From contig NC_068991.1 of NCBI RefSeq assembly GCF_001194135.2, positions 53,743 through 117,742 of the forward strand: a stretch of DNA of 64,000 bases, in the 5' to 3' direction. This DNA is from Octopus bimaculoides. Lineage: Eukaryota. Shown here one piece after another: positions 38,245 to 50,639 of this stretch (within the stretch, counting starts at the first letter, position 1; each line of letters starts with the position of its first letter). The notes under the pieces were generated by a model that searched no databases, had not been told where the DNA came from, and was given only the letters and a program-made list of their open reading frames with translations. The translations under genes were made by a program, and so were the position numbers.

Positions 38245-38529
38245 CGGGATGTGAATGGCATACTGCCACGTGCAGTGCCGTAGTGGAGCGTCATAATTTG
38301 AAGTCTCCCCCAACTTCCCAATTTGATCTACACTAGCGTGACAGAGAAGCCAGGTCGTACCTGTAATAAACCCAATTCTTAGATATGGATGGGTGCGTTC
38401 AACCGTGCGCGAGGCAGCGGGAACAGCAACACCATGGATAGTGTGTGAGTGTAGGGACGCCTAACCTGGACAGATCGGCCGAAAGTGTCAGCGATCGATG
38501 TTCAGATGGATCACCAAAGCACACGCTCC
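38241..38529 (-). ncRNA. RN7SK: 7SK snRNA (Pol III), ~290 nt
   Basis: The minus strand reads GGAGCGT...ATCGATCGC...TTCGGCCGATCTG...TAGGCG, with the paired GAUC motifs of the HEXIM-binding hairpin. The 5' GGAGCGT is complementary to ACGCTCC at 38291-38285. The 3' hairpin GGCACTGCACGTGGCAGTATGCC resembles recalled human GGCGCTGCATGTGGCAGTCTGCC. A T11 run follows. Confidence 0.88.
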
Positions 38530-38552
38530 GAAAGTAAAGATTCAGCAATTGC

Positions 38553-38560
38553 TATATAAA
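38553..38560 (-). promoter_or_regulatory. TATA box of a type-3 Pol III promoter (7SK)
   Basis: TTTATATA at -31 to -24 relative to the inferred +1 G at 38529. Confidence 0.7.
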
Positions 38561-39959
38561 CTAAATATTAAGTTGTTTTTATTATGTACTGATGTAATAA
38601 TTTTAGATGTGTTCATAAATTAATAATTTGCCCGTTTAATTTTTCATTTTATGCATTAAATAGATTTAATAAAGCATTTTAAATTTTGCTAAGTAAAATT
38701 GAAGTAAATAAATGAATTTTACTCCTGAATAAAAAGTATTTTATAAATTTACCTTATCAAATAGAGCAGTCACTGAATGCGCATGCGCGTAATTAGTATA
38801 TACAACATATTATGTATCTGTGTAGACGTGTGTGTGTGTAATTGAGTTGATGTGTCTGGCTTGAAGTGGAAGGCTTGTAAAATAGAAAACAGGAGCCAGA
38901 GAATGTTTCGTATTTCGGCATTAGGAATCCTTATTATTTGAGGCTGCTGATGTTATTTTTCTTCTTTAATACTTTATTCATTAAATTAAGAATTGATACA
39001 AGTTTCACAAAATCCTACATTTTATATTAAAGTATGTTAAATACTGTAAAGACGATTAAAATAGGTCAGAACTGGGTCAATATAAAAATCCTCACCTGAT
39101 AACGAAAAGAAAAAAAAAAGAACCGCAGCCTGCTGGGTGTTAACAGCTGTGTAGAAAACGAATATGACAAAAAATTTGCGCAAACGAACCTGGGAGGTGG
39201 GGAGAGGACTTTCGGAAAATTCACAAGATCTTAAACCCTGTCCTAAAACACTAATTCATAATCGTTAACTGAAAACTTTTATTCACTCTGTGTGTGTGTT
39301 GGCGTAGTTGTACGTGATAAATAGCTATGTGTAATTATGTGGTATTTCACTGAATTAGTTCATCATCAGCAGCATCATTGTTTAACGTCCACCTTCCATG
39401 CTGGCATGGGTTGGATGGTTTGACAGGCGCTGGTCAGGCAGGGTTTTTACAGCTGGATACTCGCTGCTTCTTCAGAATCACCTGCACCATAACTTTTGAA
39501 CCAGTGATTTTTTTTTTTTTCAGATTCATGTCTTCGATATTATATCGGAGATTACAATTCCCTCCCCCCCTCCACCAAAAAAAGCTTTTAATTTGAATCC
39601 CCCCCACCTACACCCATCCACCCAATTTATTTGCTTTGTTTACAGCTGACAAGACATGCTGTCATGCACCAAATGACAGCTTTCAAATCCTGTTTCCTGA
39701 TCGGGTGAAAATTATCAAACTTTAAGCCTCTGTAACTTTTTAAAAACATTTTTTCTGGGAAAAGTGAAACAACTCCTGCAATTTAGCTTGGAAGTGTACA
39801 TTATTGTGCCAAATTTTGAAATTTTTGATAAACTTCAATTTTTGAAATGCTGGTAGCCAAACCAACTAGACCCATTATAGAACCATTAAAAGTTAGTGTC
39901 AAACATACAATGAAGTTGATTCAACTTTGCTTTTATGGCATTATCTACCTCCTTGCTCC

Positions 39960-40640
39960 ATCACTATGTCACTCCTGGCCAAGCTGGGATTCTGAACCCT
40001 CCGTAGATTATCCTACAGGAACTTCCAATTCTCCTCTAAGGTATATGTCTCCATTTCTTCCTCTCTCATCGGAAGCTTTCATTAAGAAATCTCTCAATGT
40101 TTGTCTATTTGTTGGGTCTTTGAGTTTCCATACTCTTCTTTTCCAGATTGGTTTCTTTCTCTGAGTCTTTCTAGCTCTAATTCTGAAGTCGCTAACTTGT
40201 AACCTATGTTGGGTTGTACACTCTTCACCTGAGAAAGATTTTGTATTTGCAAGCATCTGTCAATCTCATTGTCTGGGGGGAGGGGGGCTAGTCAATCTGG
40301 CTTATGCGCCCATCAGACTGATAAGTGATGAGGTGGTGGGCTGGTTTTTTGAAGTTAGTGTTGCAGATTGTGAGATTATTTGCATCCCAGAACTCCAGCA
40401 GTCTTGTTTCCTCCTCATTCCTAGGGCCAAAACCATAGCCACCATGCACTCCCTAGAATCCATGGGGGTGCTGTCCAACATGTCCATTGAAGTCACCAGC
40501 CACAATAATGAAGTCTCTGTTATTTGTTGTGAGGTACTCTGCAAAAGGACCTCATAGAATCGGTCCCTCTGCTCGTCAGCCAGCCCAGACTGAGGAGCAT
40601 AAGCAGAGATAAGTGTAACTGTTAATTTACCAGTGATAAG
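39960..40640 (-). mobile_element. RTE LINE apurinic-endonuclease region fragment
   Basis: LTVTLISAYAPQSGLADEQRDRFYEVL and QHRLQVSDFRI...RIWKLKD-like motifs. Confidence 0.75.
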
Positions 40641-42873
40641 TCTCATCTTAATTACCCTCTCACATACTCTGACTACCTCAATTACCTTACCTACCTACTT
40701 TTCTGCTAACAATATGCCTACACCACCCACTTCATCACTCCTGCTTTCCCAGAAGAATTTGAATCTCTGTGCCTTACAGACTTATTATTCATACAAAAAA
40801 AAGATACATGTAATATAATGTCTCTCTCTCTTGGTGACAGTGTTATTGTTGAATTCTGTTTCTTGGTGAAACTTAGTCTAATAGGATTTTTTGAAGTTTG
40901 TAAAAGTGGATTTTGCTTTCTTGACTGCGATGTGAGTGTTTTATGATAATAACTGCTGTTGAAGGGTTGTTTACCAAGACAGTGGTAGTTGGACGTGTGG
41001 ACTAGAAGGTAATGTCCTGGGAAGAGTTGTCATAGGTTTGTGTGTGTGTGTATGTGTGTGTGGATTGTTTAGGATATAAAGGGCAGTTATCTGTGATGCT
41101 ATTATGTCACTTCTTGTTATCTGTGCTATTTGAAAAGCAAATGTTTAATAAAATGAAATCTTCCAATGATGTTTTGTGTGTTTGGGTGTGCAACTTAGAG
41201 GAGAGCCAGGTGCATCAGGTGGGAATGGATATTGTGCTAGTTATCAATCATATTCCTGATTTTATTGTTGTTGTAATGTAAATATTTCTGTCCAGGTTTT
41301 CAGAACTTCCTTGATTTATCTTCACTGGACATTTCTTTCTGTTCAACAGCAAAAAATATTTGTGGTCTGCCCTTACTCACTTCTTCATAACAGGCTTGTA
41401 TGTCTACAAAGTACATCTACTCATATCATTATGGTTCTAAAATCTTTCTTTGATTCAACAGATTATCATCTATACTCTGTCCATTACAACTAAACCTAAT
41501 TCTTGATAATTTTAGTTTGTAAAAATATTTCTGTTGATTTCTGATGGTAAAAAAAAATGATGACGCTCAAATTATTTTCTTCATTGTATGTGGGAAGAGG
41601 AGGGGGTACAATTAAATAGTGGTACAGGAGTGAGTGTAGTGCTGTGTAGTTGTAGTGTGTAGTGGTGATTAACTCTGCCTATTCAGCTACAAGTTGATAA
41701 CTCCAAAACTGAAACACTGTTTGGCTGTGATGACTTCTAGAACTACGTCTTAGCTTTTGGCAATGCATTCTACAAAAATACTCAACAAATATCAATTGAT
41801 TGCTGGTCTTCATCTTGGAAGTACTTTCTCAATGCTTTCTGAGTTGACATAAAAGAAAATTGCTTCTACTGGTGACAAAGATATTCCTCTTCTTCCAAAA
41901 CACTTTCAACATATTCATGTTAAATAAGGGCAACCATAAACTTATATATTTCTTTATTGAGTTCCTTGATGTGCAAGTAATGAGGAGAAAGAGAGATACG
42001 AGGTTCTACTGGCAGTTCACTGATGTAGCCACATGCTAGATGTTGTAGTCTTTCCTCAAACTATGACACCAGTAATCACACCCACCACCATCATCCTCAA
42101 TATTTTACGTTCACTTTCCATGTTGGCATGGGTCGGACAGCTTGACAGGGGCCATATGAGGTTCCATAGTCTGTTTTGGCTTGGTTTCTATAGCTGGATG
42201 CCCTTCCTAAAACCAATCACTTTACAACCTCTTTTAGTCACCTTTTACAATATGAAGACGAAATATTGAGTCTATTCTTTGACATGCCAGTTCCCACGAA
42301 ACACTAGAGCAACGTAAAATGAAATGTTTTGCTCAAGAAGACAGCACACTACCCAATCCAGGAAATGAACACACAATCTGACGGTCATGAAAGCAACACA
42401 CTAACTACTTGATCACATACTTTAACAGAATAGAAAGAAAAAAAAATTTTTTTTTTAAACCTGAGATGCAGAAAAGGTTTTAAATGTATGAGAACATAGT
42501 TTTATTCCTCCATATGATACATGGAACAATATTGATAAAGTTAGTTGAGGAAATATAAGCACTGGTAGAGTACTCTCAGTGAGAGTACTCAGTTCAATAA
42601 GAGTATAACAATATACGAAACATTTGAACACCTACCATCAGACATGAAATAATATCTAATATTGTCATTTCACTTTTCAACAGTAGAGGACATTGCAGTG
42701 AAGTATATCACAAGAAACACTTGAATACGATTTATTGGAGTATAACACACAGTAAGGAATTCAAGTACATTAAAGCCAACCCTGGTGAATACCACATCCC
42801 AGCCTGGTGTCTACCTCATCTGACTGTAGATGAGATCCAGTGATTGGTTGGTTTTCTCCACATTGTTATTGTC

Positions 42874-42963
42874 TCAGGACTGATTTCGAAATTTTTCAAT
42901 TTCATTCACCATAAAACTGATGGAGTCTGAAGGTTGCTTATATGCCACATTCATTACCAACTC
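42874..42963 (-). CDS. TEX55/C3orf30-like protein, exon 2 (second half of an RIIa-type D/D domain)
   Basis: Acceptor tttgttctattcag|. ELVMNVAYKQPSDSISFMVNEIEKFRNQS*. Phase 0 matches exon 1. This exon is below the ORF-track size cutoff. Confidence 0.7.
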   Translation of the reverse strand, partial: ELVMNVAYKQPSDSISFMVNEIEKFRNQS

Positions 42964-43199
42964 CTGAATAGAACAAAGAGAAAGAAAATTCATTTAATAC
43001 GAAAACAGCCAAACGAAATTGAAGCAATCATTCATTTCTCACAATTTATTAATATGCATTGTGTATGTTCTATGAGTACATGTGTGGTCACACAGTTTAG
43101 GAGTTCACAATCAATCATCGGGTTCGTTGTTTGATACTATCAAGTAGCACCAGTGTCTTTAACCATAACTTGAGGAAGCTTTGTGAGTAAAATTGTGTA

Positions 43200-44330
43200 G
43201 AAGGAAACTGTTGGAGAACCAATGGATGGGTTGTAGTTGTGTGACACAGCTAGCCTTATCATACATAGTGCCAAATGATTCTTCCTGAGTATTACATAAA
43301 AGATGCAAGTGTTAGTGGAATACCCAACTACTAACACTATAATTCAATCAAGAGGAAGTTTAGCTGATTGAACAACTGAATTTCCATCATTAAAACCAAT
43401 ATAAGATCTATTGTGTCATGGCTGTGTGCTACAGAGCAGAAATAAGAAAAGCTTTCACTCCTCGTGGCTTTAATTTTCAGCTGAAGTCAGGGAGAGAAGA
43501 AGAAGCTCAATGAGGTTTACTTGCTTCCAACATAATGTGGAACTTGTTATTATGTGATATTCTTTTACTGGTTCCAAATACTGGACTGCTCGGTGGAGCA
43601 CTATTCATTCCATTATGACACACCTGAGAGAAGGTGGCCCTCAAGCTATTCAACATTAGGGAGGCCTCCAGAAGTATGTACCGGCTATCATCCAGGCTGG
43701 TTAATACTTCTTTCCTTTGCTGGAGTATCTCTTGAAATGAGTCCCCATGGTTTGGAGCATCTGGAGTACATATTACTATTTTCATCTGCTTAAAGTGTAC
43801 CATCAGAGTGTCAAAGACTAAGTTTGAGTGTGACAGCAGGACCACAGGTGTGACATCTTCTCAGGTGTACATTGCTACTCCACCACGAGTTGTGTATCTG
43901 AGCATCTGATATGGCCATGTTCAGCTGTGTTTCTGTTAGTGCCATGCACAATAATGCTTGATTACATATCACTAAGTCTCTCAGTTACTGGGTTTTGCAT
44001 TGGTGAGACATTATGAGGGCTCTTGCAGTTCAGAAGGAATACTGGTGTGACATACGGGGTGCCGGGAGTGGCCACTGCCCTGACATGTGTAGATGTATTA
44101 GAGGTGGCCACCTTGGTTCCTTTGTTGTTTGAAGTAGTCTTAAGTGCTGGTATGTGTTTCTTAGACTTGATGTCTGGTGAAGCCATGTCAGCTGCCTTAC
44201 AATCCTCTATACAACCTCCAAAAAAGCTCATTGTTCAGCAGCTACTCTCTGGACTGCATCCACGGTTTGTTGCCTCTTAGGAGCAGTGCATGTGCCATCC
44301 AAACATTCCCATTGCATCTTGTGACCTGAC
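43200..44330 (-). mobile_element. Decayed LINE RT fragments
   Basis: Degenerate RT-like translations with stops; no intact frame. Confidence 0.5.
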
Positions 44331-45012
44331 CCTGTGTTGTTAGCAGCCATTCTTCCTGGTCTTCAGGTGAGTGAAACAAGAATCGCTCACATAGGATTTT
44401 GGATGAGTAAATCTACAGCCTATTCCAATGTCCCCACGCCAGCAGGCACCTTTTATTCCCCTTTCAGTGAATCCATAAATTGGTGCATTATAAACATCAA
44501 AATGTTATTAGTCCATTGACAGTTTTGGTTCAAGGCTATACTGTTGTAGAGAATGACATGGAATATAGACAGTTTAGCGTTATTTGTTATAAACAAAAAA
44601 TATTATGATAGATTTAGGATTTGCTAAAATTCTAGGATGGAGAGTTACATTTATAATTTGTTTTCTAGGGAGTGTTTGAAATAGTATGAATGCAAAAAGA
44701 AAATACACACACGCACGCACACGCATACAGACACACAGAGACTAACATAGACAAACAGAATTAACATATGGCAAAGTAGGGTTTTCCATTAACAAGTAAA
44801 ATCTTTTGATGGAATTCATGGTTTCTATCGACCAGGTTTCATTGACATGACTTGACTATGGTAAAAGATATTTGCCCAAGATGTTACACCAGAATTGAAC
44901 TTAACTTTGTGAAACAAGCATCTTAAGCACTCAGTTAAACGTATCTTGAAAAACGCCAGAAACACAGAGAAAGACAGACAGAGAATGAGGTGGGGTGGGA
45001 AAGACACCTTAC

Positions 45013-45288
45013 CTGAAAAAGCGAGAACAAATTATGCTTATATAAATATCTGTTGGCTTTTTCAAACGGATTTTCTGTCGTGGGAACGGTGTTGCGGACG
45101 TAAGTTGATTTAGCAGCGCTATCATTGCTCGACATCTCTATTAACCTGTCATCAAATTCGATCCTTTGTCCTCCTGCACTACTGCTAGTTTCTGTTCTAT
45201 TTACGGACCATGTTTTGTCGTTATCAGCTCCGTGTTGCAGTGTCTCTGGTTCATAAGAAGACTGCTTCAAGTCACCTTCGTCAGCCAT
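45013..45288 (-). CDS. TEX55/C3orf30-like protein, exon 1
   Basis: Low-complexity acidic N-terminus, then ENPFEKANRYLYKHNLFSLFQ and donor CAG|GTAAGG. The spliced 121-aa product resembles the recalled TEX55 C-terminus [38 protein letters not shown]. Confidence 0.7.
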
Positions 45289-45833
45289 GATTGAAATAAT
45301 CGATTGGGTAACCAGGTAACCAATGAAAGCGCTTCCTTAGTAACGGAAACAATAACAAAGATCAACATGGTAGAAATAGGGTACTATTCAACAAAAAAAA
45401 AAATATTTACTTTGTTTAAAAAAAAACCCTCATACATGATTTGCGCATACGCGCTAGATAGTCGTTGTAGGAACGACGAGTCACGACTAGCTAGCGCGGA
45501 TGCGCGCACCGGGACCACTCTTCTTGAATAGTACCAGAAATAGCAGTTAGATCTTCCCCAAAACGGGAAAGGCACACTGGATATTGTAGAACTCGATACA
45601 TTCTAAGGTGATATCAAATGTAAACATCGCGGGCCGAGGTTCGAGACTAGCGCATGCCATTTATAGTAGACTAGACTACCAGTGACCCGTTGGGTCACCG
45701 GGAAAGTTTGAGTTTCCCAGCAACGGTGTTTTGTTTCGTGTTTTTTTTCTTTTCCAGGTTATTTTGCATGCTTTCAACGGACGTGACATCAAAAATCAAG
45801 CGTACGTAGCTCCTTTCCTCACAAAAAGGAAAT

Positions 45834-45944
45834 ATTTGGCTGCTATTTCTTGCACGCCCTGCTACCACGTAACAGGTATTTCGGGTCCTTTATCGCAAAT
45901 AGCTGTTACATGGTAGCAGGGTGTGCTAGAAATAGCAGCCAAAT
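45834..45944. mobile_element. MITE-like foldback (42-bp arms, 3 mismatches)
   Basis: atttggctgctatttcttgcacgccctgctaccacgtaacag / ctgttacatggtagcagggtgtgctagaaatagcagccaaat. The end motif recurs at ~25735 and ~61720. Confidence 0.6.
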
Positions 45945-47179
45945 CTTTGGCAGTGAGATATGTTGAATGCACTCAAAATAAACCTATAGGAGAAAATTAT
46001 TTCACACTGAGCTTACGATCGGATCTTGAAAATTAATTTTAAAATCTGTGATTGAGATGGAATAAACCCCCGGATCTTTTACGAAATATTTATGCCAAAA
46101 AGAATTTTTGTAATGGTATTCACTTGAAAATAATTTTAAAAACCATTAAAATATTGTCAGTTTAAAGAAAGCTAAAATATTAATACTTATTGTATAAACA
46201 ACTCGCATTTTTGAAATCTCATTCACTTAAAAATATTTCTAAATGATTAAAATATTGTGTTTCAGAAAAGCGAAAATAGAAACATTTTTTGTTGTCAAGT
46301 CATTGTATATCGAAAGGTAAGAGTTGCTTCCCTTCCAGGATCAAGTTAATTTCGGAGACTTTTCCAATTATGCACCATTTTGGGTATTTATACTCTGAAA
46401 ACCCTTACTATCTTCACAACCCCTTATCCAATTTACACGAAATTTGTTTCATTCCACTCGTATTTACATTTCAGGAGAGAACTAAATTCATAGCATTTTC
46501 CCATTATGCACCAGTTTGTCTGAGTAACATTACAAGCAAGTAGGCAAGATTCATTCTGACTTAATGTATTACTAGATTATCAGTGATCTGCTGGGACACC
46601 AGGAAACTCTGAGTTCCATACTTTTTTTTGTCACAAGTTGGTGATCCTTTGTGATGTGAAGTGGGAATATTCAACAGTCAGTTCACTACACCCAATGTCA
46701 CAATTTGTGAGAATATTACCCATGTGATCAACAAAAATCTAACTGATAATGATTTCATGTGGCAAAGGTTCGAGCAAGGATTTATCTTTTGGTATGCTTC
46801 TTTCTGAACCTAACCATCAGTGTACCTTGACTACTTGACAGAGAGTCTGGAGAGACAATTGAGAAACAGCAAGATGGCAAACAGATGTGGACAGCTGACC
46901 CATGCTGGTAACAACCACAATGAATGATCCCCCACAATATTCAGCAGCTAACTTTTTGACCACGACTACAATTACACCGAGAAGAAGAATAACGATGTTC
47001 AAACTCCCTTAACATTTTGTGATTTGCAGTAATGAGTTTTTTGCTTTTAGTGTATGAAAAAAAAAAAAAAATTTCTTTATCAAAAATCCAAATAGATTTC
47101 CATTTTCTTTGTACAACGGGTGACTTCTGATGCTAGAAATAGCACTCAACACTAGTAACAAGTGGTAACCCAAATATTT

Positions 47180-47398
47180 ACTCTTTTACTTGTTTCAGTC
47201 ATTTGACTGTGGCCATGCTGGAGCACCGCCTTTAGTCGAGCAAATCGACCCCAGGACTTGTTCTATAACCTAGTACTTATTTTATCAGTCTCTTTTGCTG
47301 AACCGCTAAGTTACGGGGATGTAAACATACCAGTATCGGTTGTCAAGCGATGTTGGAGGGACAAATGCAGACACACAAACATATACACACACATACAT

Positions 47399-47442
<44 letters not shown>

Positions 47443-47600
47443 GACATGCTTCTTTCAGTTTCTGTCTACTAAATCAACTCACAAGGCTTTGGTCGGCCCG
47501 GGGCAATAGTAGAAGACACTTGCCCAAGGTGCCACGCAGTGGGACTGAACCCGGAACCATGTGGTTGGTAAGCAAGCTACTTACCACACAGCCACTCCTA
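47180..47600. mobile_element. SINE-like dispersed repeats separated by (AT)n
   Basis: ccatgctggagcaccgcctttagtcgagcaaatcgaccccaggactt...gaaccgctaagttacgggga recurs at ~5560-5730, 30581-30720 and 37390-37560. The 47440-47600 part recurs at ~37850-38075 and 49995-50100. Confidence 0.8.
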
Positions 47601-47791
47601 GAACATTTTCACAGCCAACCCTGAAAGAAGTATATGATGCAGTTTAGAGACAACTTACCAATGACTGTCTGTAGGACACTGCTCACCAACACTTTTGCAA
47701 GTTCACATGAAGAGCACCAATACATTTATAAACAACAACAAAAATATTTACTTTTAAACACTACCTTAATTTTTCATGAATGTAATAAACT

Positions 47792-47797
47792 TTTATT
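47792..47797 (-). promoter_or_regulatory. Candidate polyadenylation signal of SELENOL
   Basis: AATAAA on the minus strand ~420 nt after the stop, followed by a GT/T-rich tract (~47750-47730). Confidence 0.55.
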
Positions 47798-48139
47798 AAA
47801 ACAAGCAAATTAAAAAATAAAAATTTGAAGGACTAAATGCAGCAGTTATAGTTAGCAGCCCTGTATACAGTGGCATACTGAGAGTAATAAGGGTCCTCAA
47901 GCATAACTGTTCACCAGGCCCCTTAGCATTGATATCAAAGAGAGTTAACAACAGCTCAGTCCACCCCTGCCGGTATGTGCATTCAGGAATTCATTTAGAA
48001 ATAAAAGACATCTGTATTATCAAAATCGATAGTGTTAACATTGATGATGGTCATGATGTTAACATCTGGTAAAAATAATTACAAATATAGTCGTTAATGT
48101 ATATAATAATAAACAAATGAACAATGATCAACTTCAAGA

Positions 48140-48212
48140 CATGTGTTGAGATTTCCAGCCCAAGGTTTCAATGTTTTTGCTTTCATCTGGGGCCTTCATA
48201 GATACCACATGC
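48140..48212 (-). promoter_or_regulatory. SECIS element candidate in the SELENOL 3' UTR
   Basis: gCATGTGgtatct ATGA AGGCCCCAGATG AAA GCAAAAACATTGAAACCTTGGGCT G GA AATCTCAA CACATG. Fits AUGA-N12-AA-N26-GA, with a CAUGUG/CACAUG lower helix and a GGCCC/GGGCU upper helix. Confidence 0.75.
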
Positions 48213-48218
48213 TTCGTT

Positions 48219-48233
48219 TTACACAGGAAAATT
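48219..48233 (-). CDS. SELENOL: Selenoprotein L exon 10 (NFPV*, terminal exon carrying the SECIS)
   Basis: Acceptor ttttatgatatttcag|AAT TTT CCT GTG TAA, phase 0. The stop lies 7 nt before the SECIS stem. Confidence 0.65.
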   Translation of the reverse strand, partial: NFPV

Positions 48234-50429
48234 CTGAAATATCATAAAATATTTAGACTTAATAAATAATTAAGAGCTACAGAAGCAGTATTAATACCAA
48301 AAAGAAATCTAGATTTCCAACTTAACACGGATGTTGTGTTAGAAAACGGAATGCTGTGTTAACTTTGAGAGGACCTTTCATATGGACTCATGGTGCATTG
48401 AAGCACTTGCTACAGCCCCCAGAACTGCAAGATCCTCCGATTGCACCCTAATATGGGTTTCTCAGTGATGTGCCTGAACAGACACTGAAATTCTATATAT
48501 AGTTGACAAGAAATTTGGCTGATATTGTGCTGCTGGACATTTTGTCACTGAGGAACCAATAGTAGGATGAAATCAGGTGATCAGGCACTTCCAGCAGCCA
48601 CAGCAGACAATTCTTGTCTGTCAGCAATATAACTACGAGTACTTTTATACACCATGAGTTCCGATGAGAGATACTCTCAACTTGAATAAAGCAGTATTCT
48701 GTGTTCTAATGCAGCTCATATGTCAAGCTGGAGGTCAAGATTATCTATTTAGACTTAATGTTTCATTTTATCAATGTAGTTCCTAAATGTTGCAATATCA
48801 AAGAGCTGATTGGTAAAGGAGGGATGACATTGGTGAAATATTGATGTTTCAATCAGATTGAGTGATAGGATATTTCTGTTTCACTTAGATCAATGTAAGA
48901 AGTGAAAGGGACATTGATGGGAAGTGCAACAATTTAGACATTATTTCACAAAACACACTAGTGTCTCTTGTGAATGTGTTATGAGACTCCCAAGGTGGGC
49001 ATTAGTGTATGAACAGAATCAAAAACGTATTCAGTATTAATCTACATTTCTACACATTGACTCCATGAAATCTCATTAATAACAACATACAGAAGATGAT
49101 TATTATAAAGAAACACCAGAAATTTATTGTTCCAGACAAAACATGGATTATTTAAAAGGAAAGTAAAAACTGAAGAATAGTCATGTTTACAATAACCCTC
49201 CCCAACAAACACATAAAAGATGTGTGCATGTACATACACACATATGCTAAATTATGTGTGGGTGGATGTGTTTGAATATCCAAATAGGAGAAAAGTCACT
49301 CAATATAGATTATTCAGTCAGATTCATCTTTTTTAGTTGTTTCTGAAGGATTGCATATGGGGAGAAAGTGAATGGCATCAGAATGGATCATCAGATTCAA
49401 ATGAATGGGCATCTCTTTATTAGCAATAGCTAGAGGAAAAAGTGATTGTAGAAGAGAAACAAAAGTGAGAGAATATGATTGGGATAATAGTGTGGAAGAG
49501 GAAACGGTAAAGAAGGAGACTGTGCTACAGGGAGTAATGATGATGGAGCAGTAATGAGAGGGTGTAATAAGAGAGAGATATTCATATCAGCAGCTGACAG
49601 TTTGTTGGTGAGAGCATAAGTGATGGTTGTTTTAAAAACGGGCAGTGGTAATGAACTCCCCATTGGGAAGAGGAAGTGGTAACTTGCAGTATTAAAGGGT
49701 TAGGGTTAGTTGGTAAGAGAGAGAGAGTGCAAATGAATAGCATCATTATCATCACAACACCATTTTAATGTCTGCTTTTCCATTTTTTGCTTTAGCTAAA
49801 TGAAATTTGCTTAGATAAATATTCAACAGCCAGGTGCCGTTCCTGTCACCAACCCTCACTTGTTGCCAAGCACTGAGTATTTCCTCATGACCAGACAAGT
49901 TATTTGAAAAGTGGAAATGACATCATTTGTAGAATGGTGATGCTCATTTAGGACCATCATGTGACATCAAGATAAGGATATATATACACATAATAGGCTT
50001 CTTTCAGTTTCCATCTGCCCTACCCATTCACAAGGCTTTGGTCAGCCCAGGTCTATTACGTAAGAAACTTGCCCAAAGTGACGATCTCGAGTTTGAATGC
50101 AAGCAGTATTGTGTGTCTGGGTCGGTTGTTTCATTCTACACACCTCAGTTCCCCTGGCTCTTGAGAGCAATCTCACCCATCACTGCACCCATGTGTGATT
50201 AATGAATAATAAAAGACTTTGGTCTTATGTTGTTGGCTGATTCCATCAAGTACGACTTCTCCATAGCAAAGGTAATCAACTTCTCTGCTGTTTTAATATA
50301 GAAATAGTTTCATTATTGAGTATTCCCTTCTCTAAATATTGTCATCATGGCAACAATACCAAATTTTTAATAATCTCATAAAAATTTATAATGATACAAA
50401 GATTGTCAACAGCAATGATGTTTACTGAC

Positions 50430-50537
50430 CTTTAAGGTTCCTAAAATTTGCTCAGCAGAAGGTCGATCACTTGGAGTCTGACTGCGATAGGTAAACAAGA
50501 TTTTACCAGTTTGGTCAATGATGAAATCACCACCCAT
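50430..50537 (-). CDS. SELENOL: Selenoprotein L exon 9
   Basis: Acceptor tttcttgctag|. MGGDFIIDQTGKILFTYRSQTPSDRPSAEQILGTLK, the GGDF...DRP motif of the AhpC/PRXL2/SelL fold. Donor AAG|GTCAGT. Confidence 0.88.
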
Positions 50538-50639
50538 CTAGCAAGAAATAATAAAGTTTAGAATCAAACTGTATCAGGTTTTAATTTTCAGTCAATGCTC
50601 TTAATATCACAAGTTGTGTGTCTGTACAAGTAGGGTATA

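Noticed and set aside
38369-38378. AACCCAATTC on the plus strand, resembling RNase P RNA conserved region V
   Set aside because: No matching CR-I/P4 partner was found. The region is fully explained by the minus-strand 7SK gene.
45638-45648. B-box-like GGTTCGAGACT suggesting a tRNA
   Set aside because: No A box at a suitable spacing and no cloverleaf could be folded.
50406-50429. Alternative SELENOL C-terminus by reading through the exon 9 donor (VSKHHCC*)
   Set aside because: Possible, but it would leave the SECIS ~2.2 kb away across repeats. Splicing to 48233 puts stop, SECIS and AATAAA in one compact exon. RNA-seq is needed to exclude it fully.
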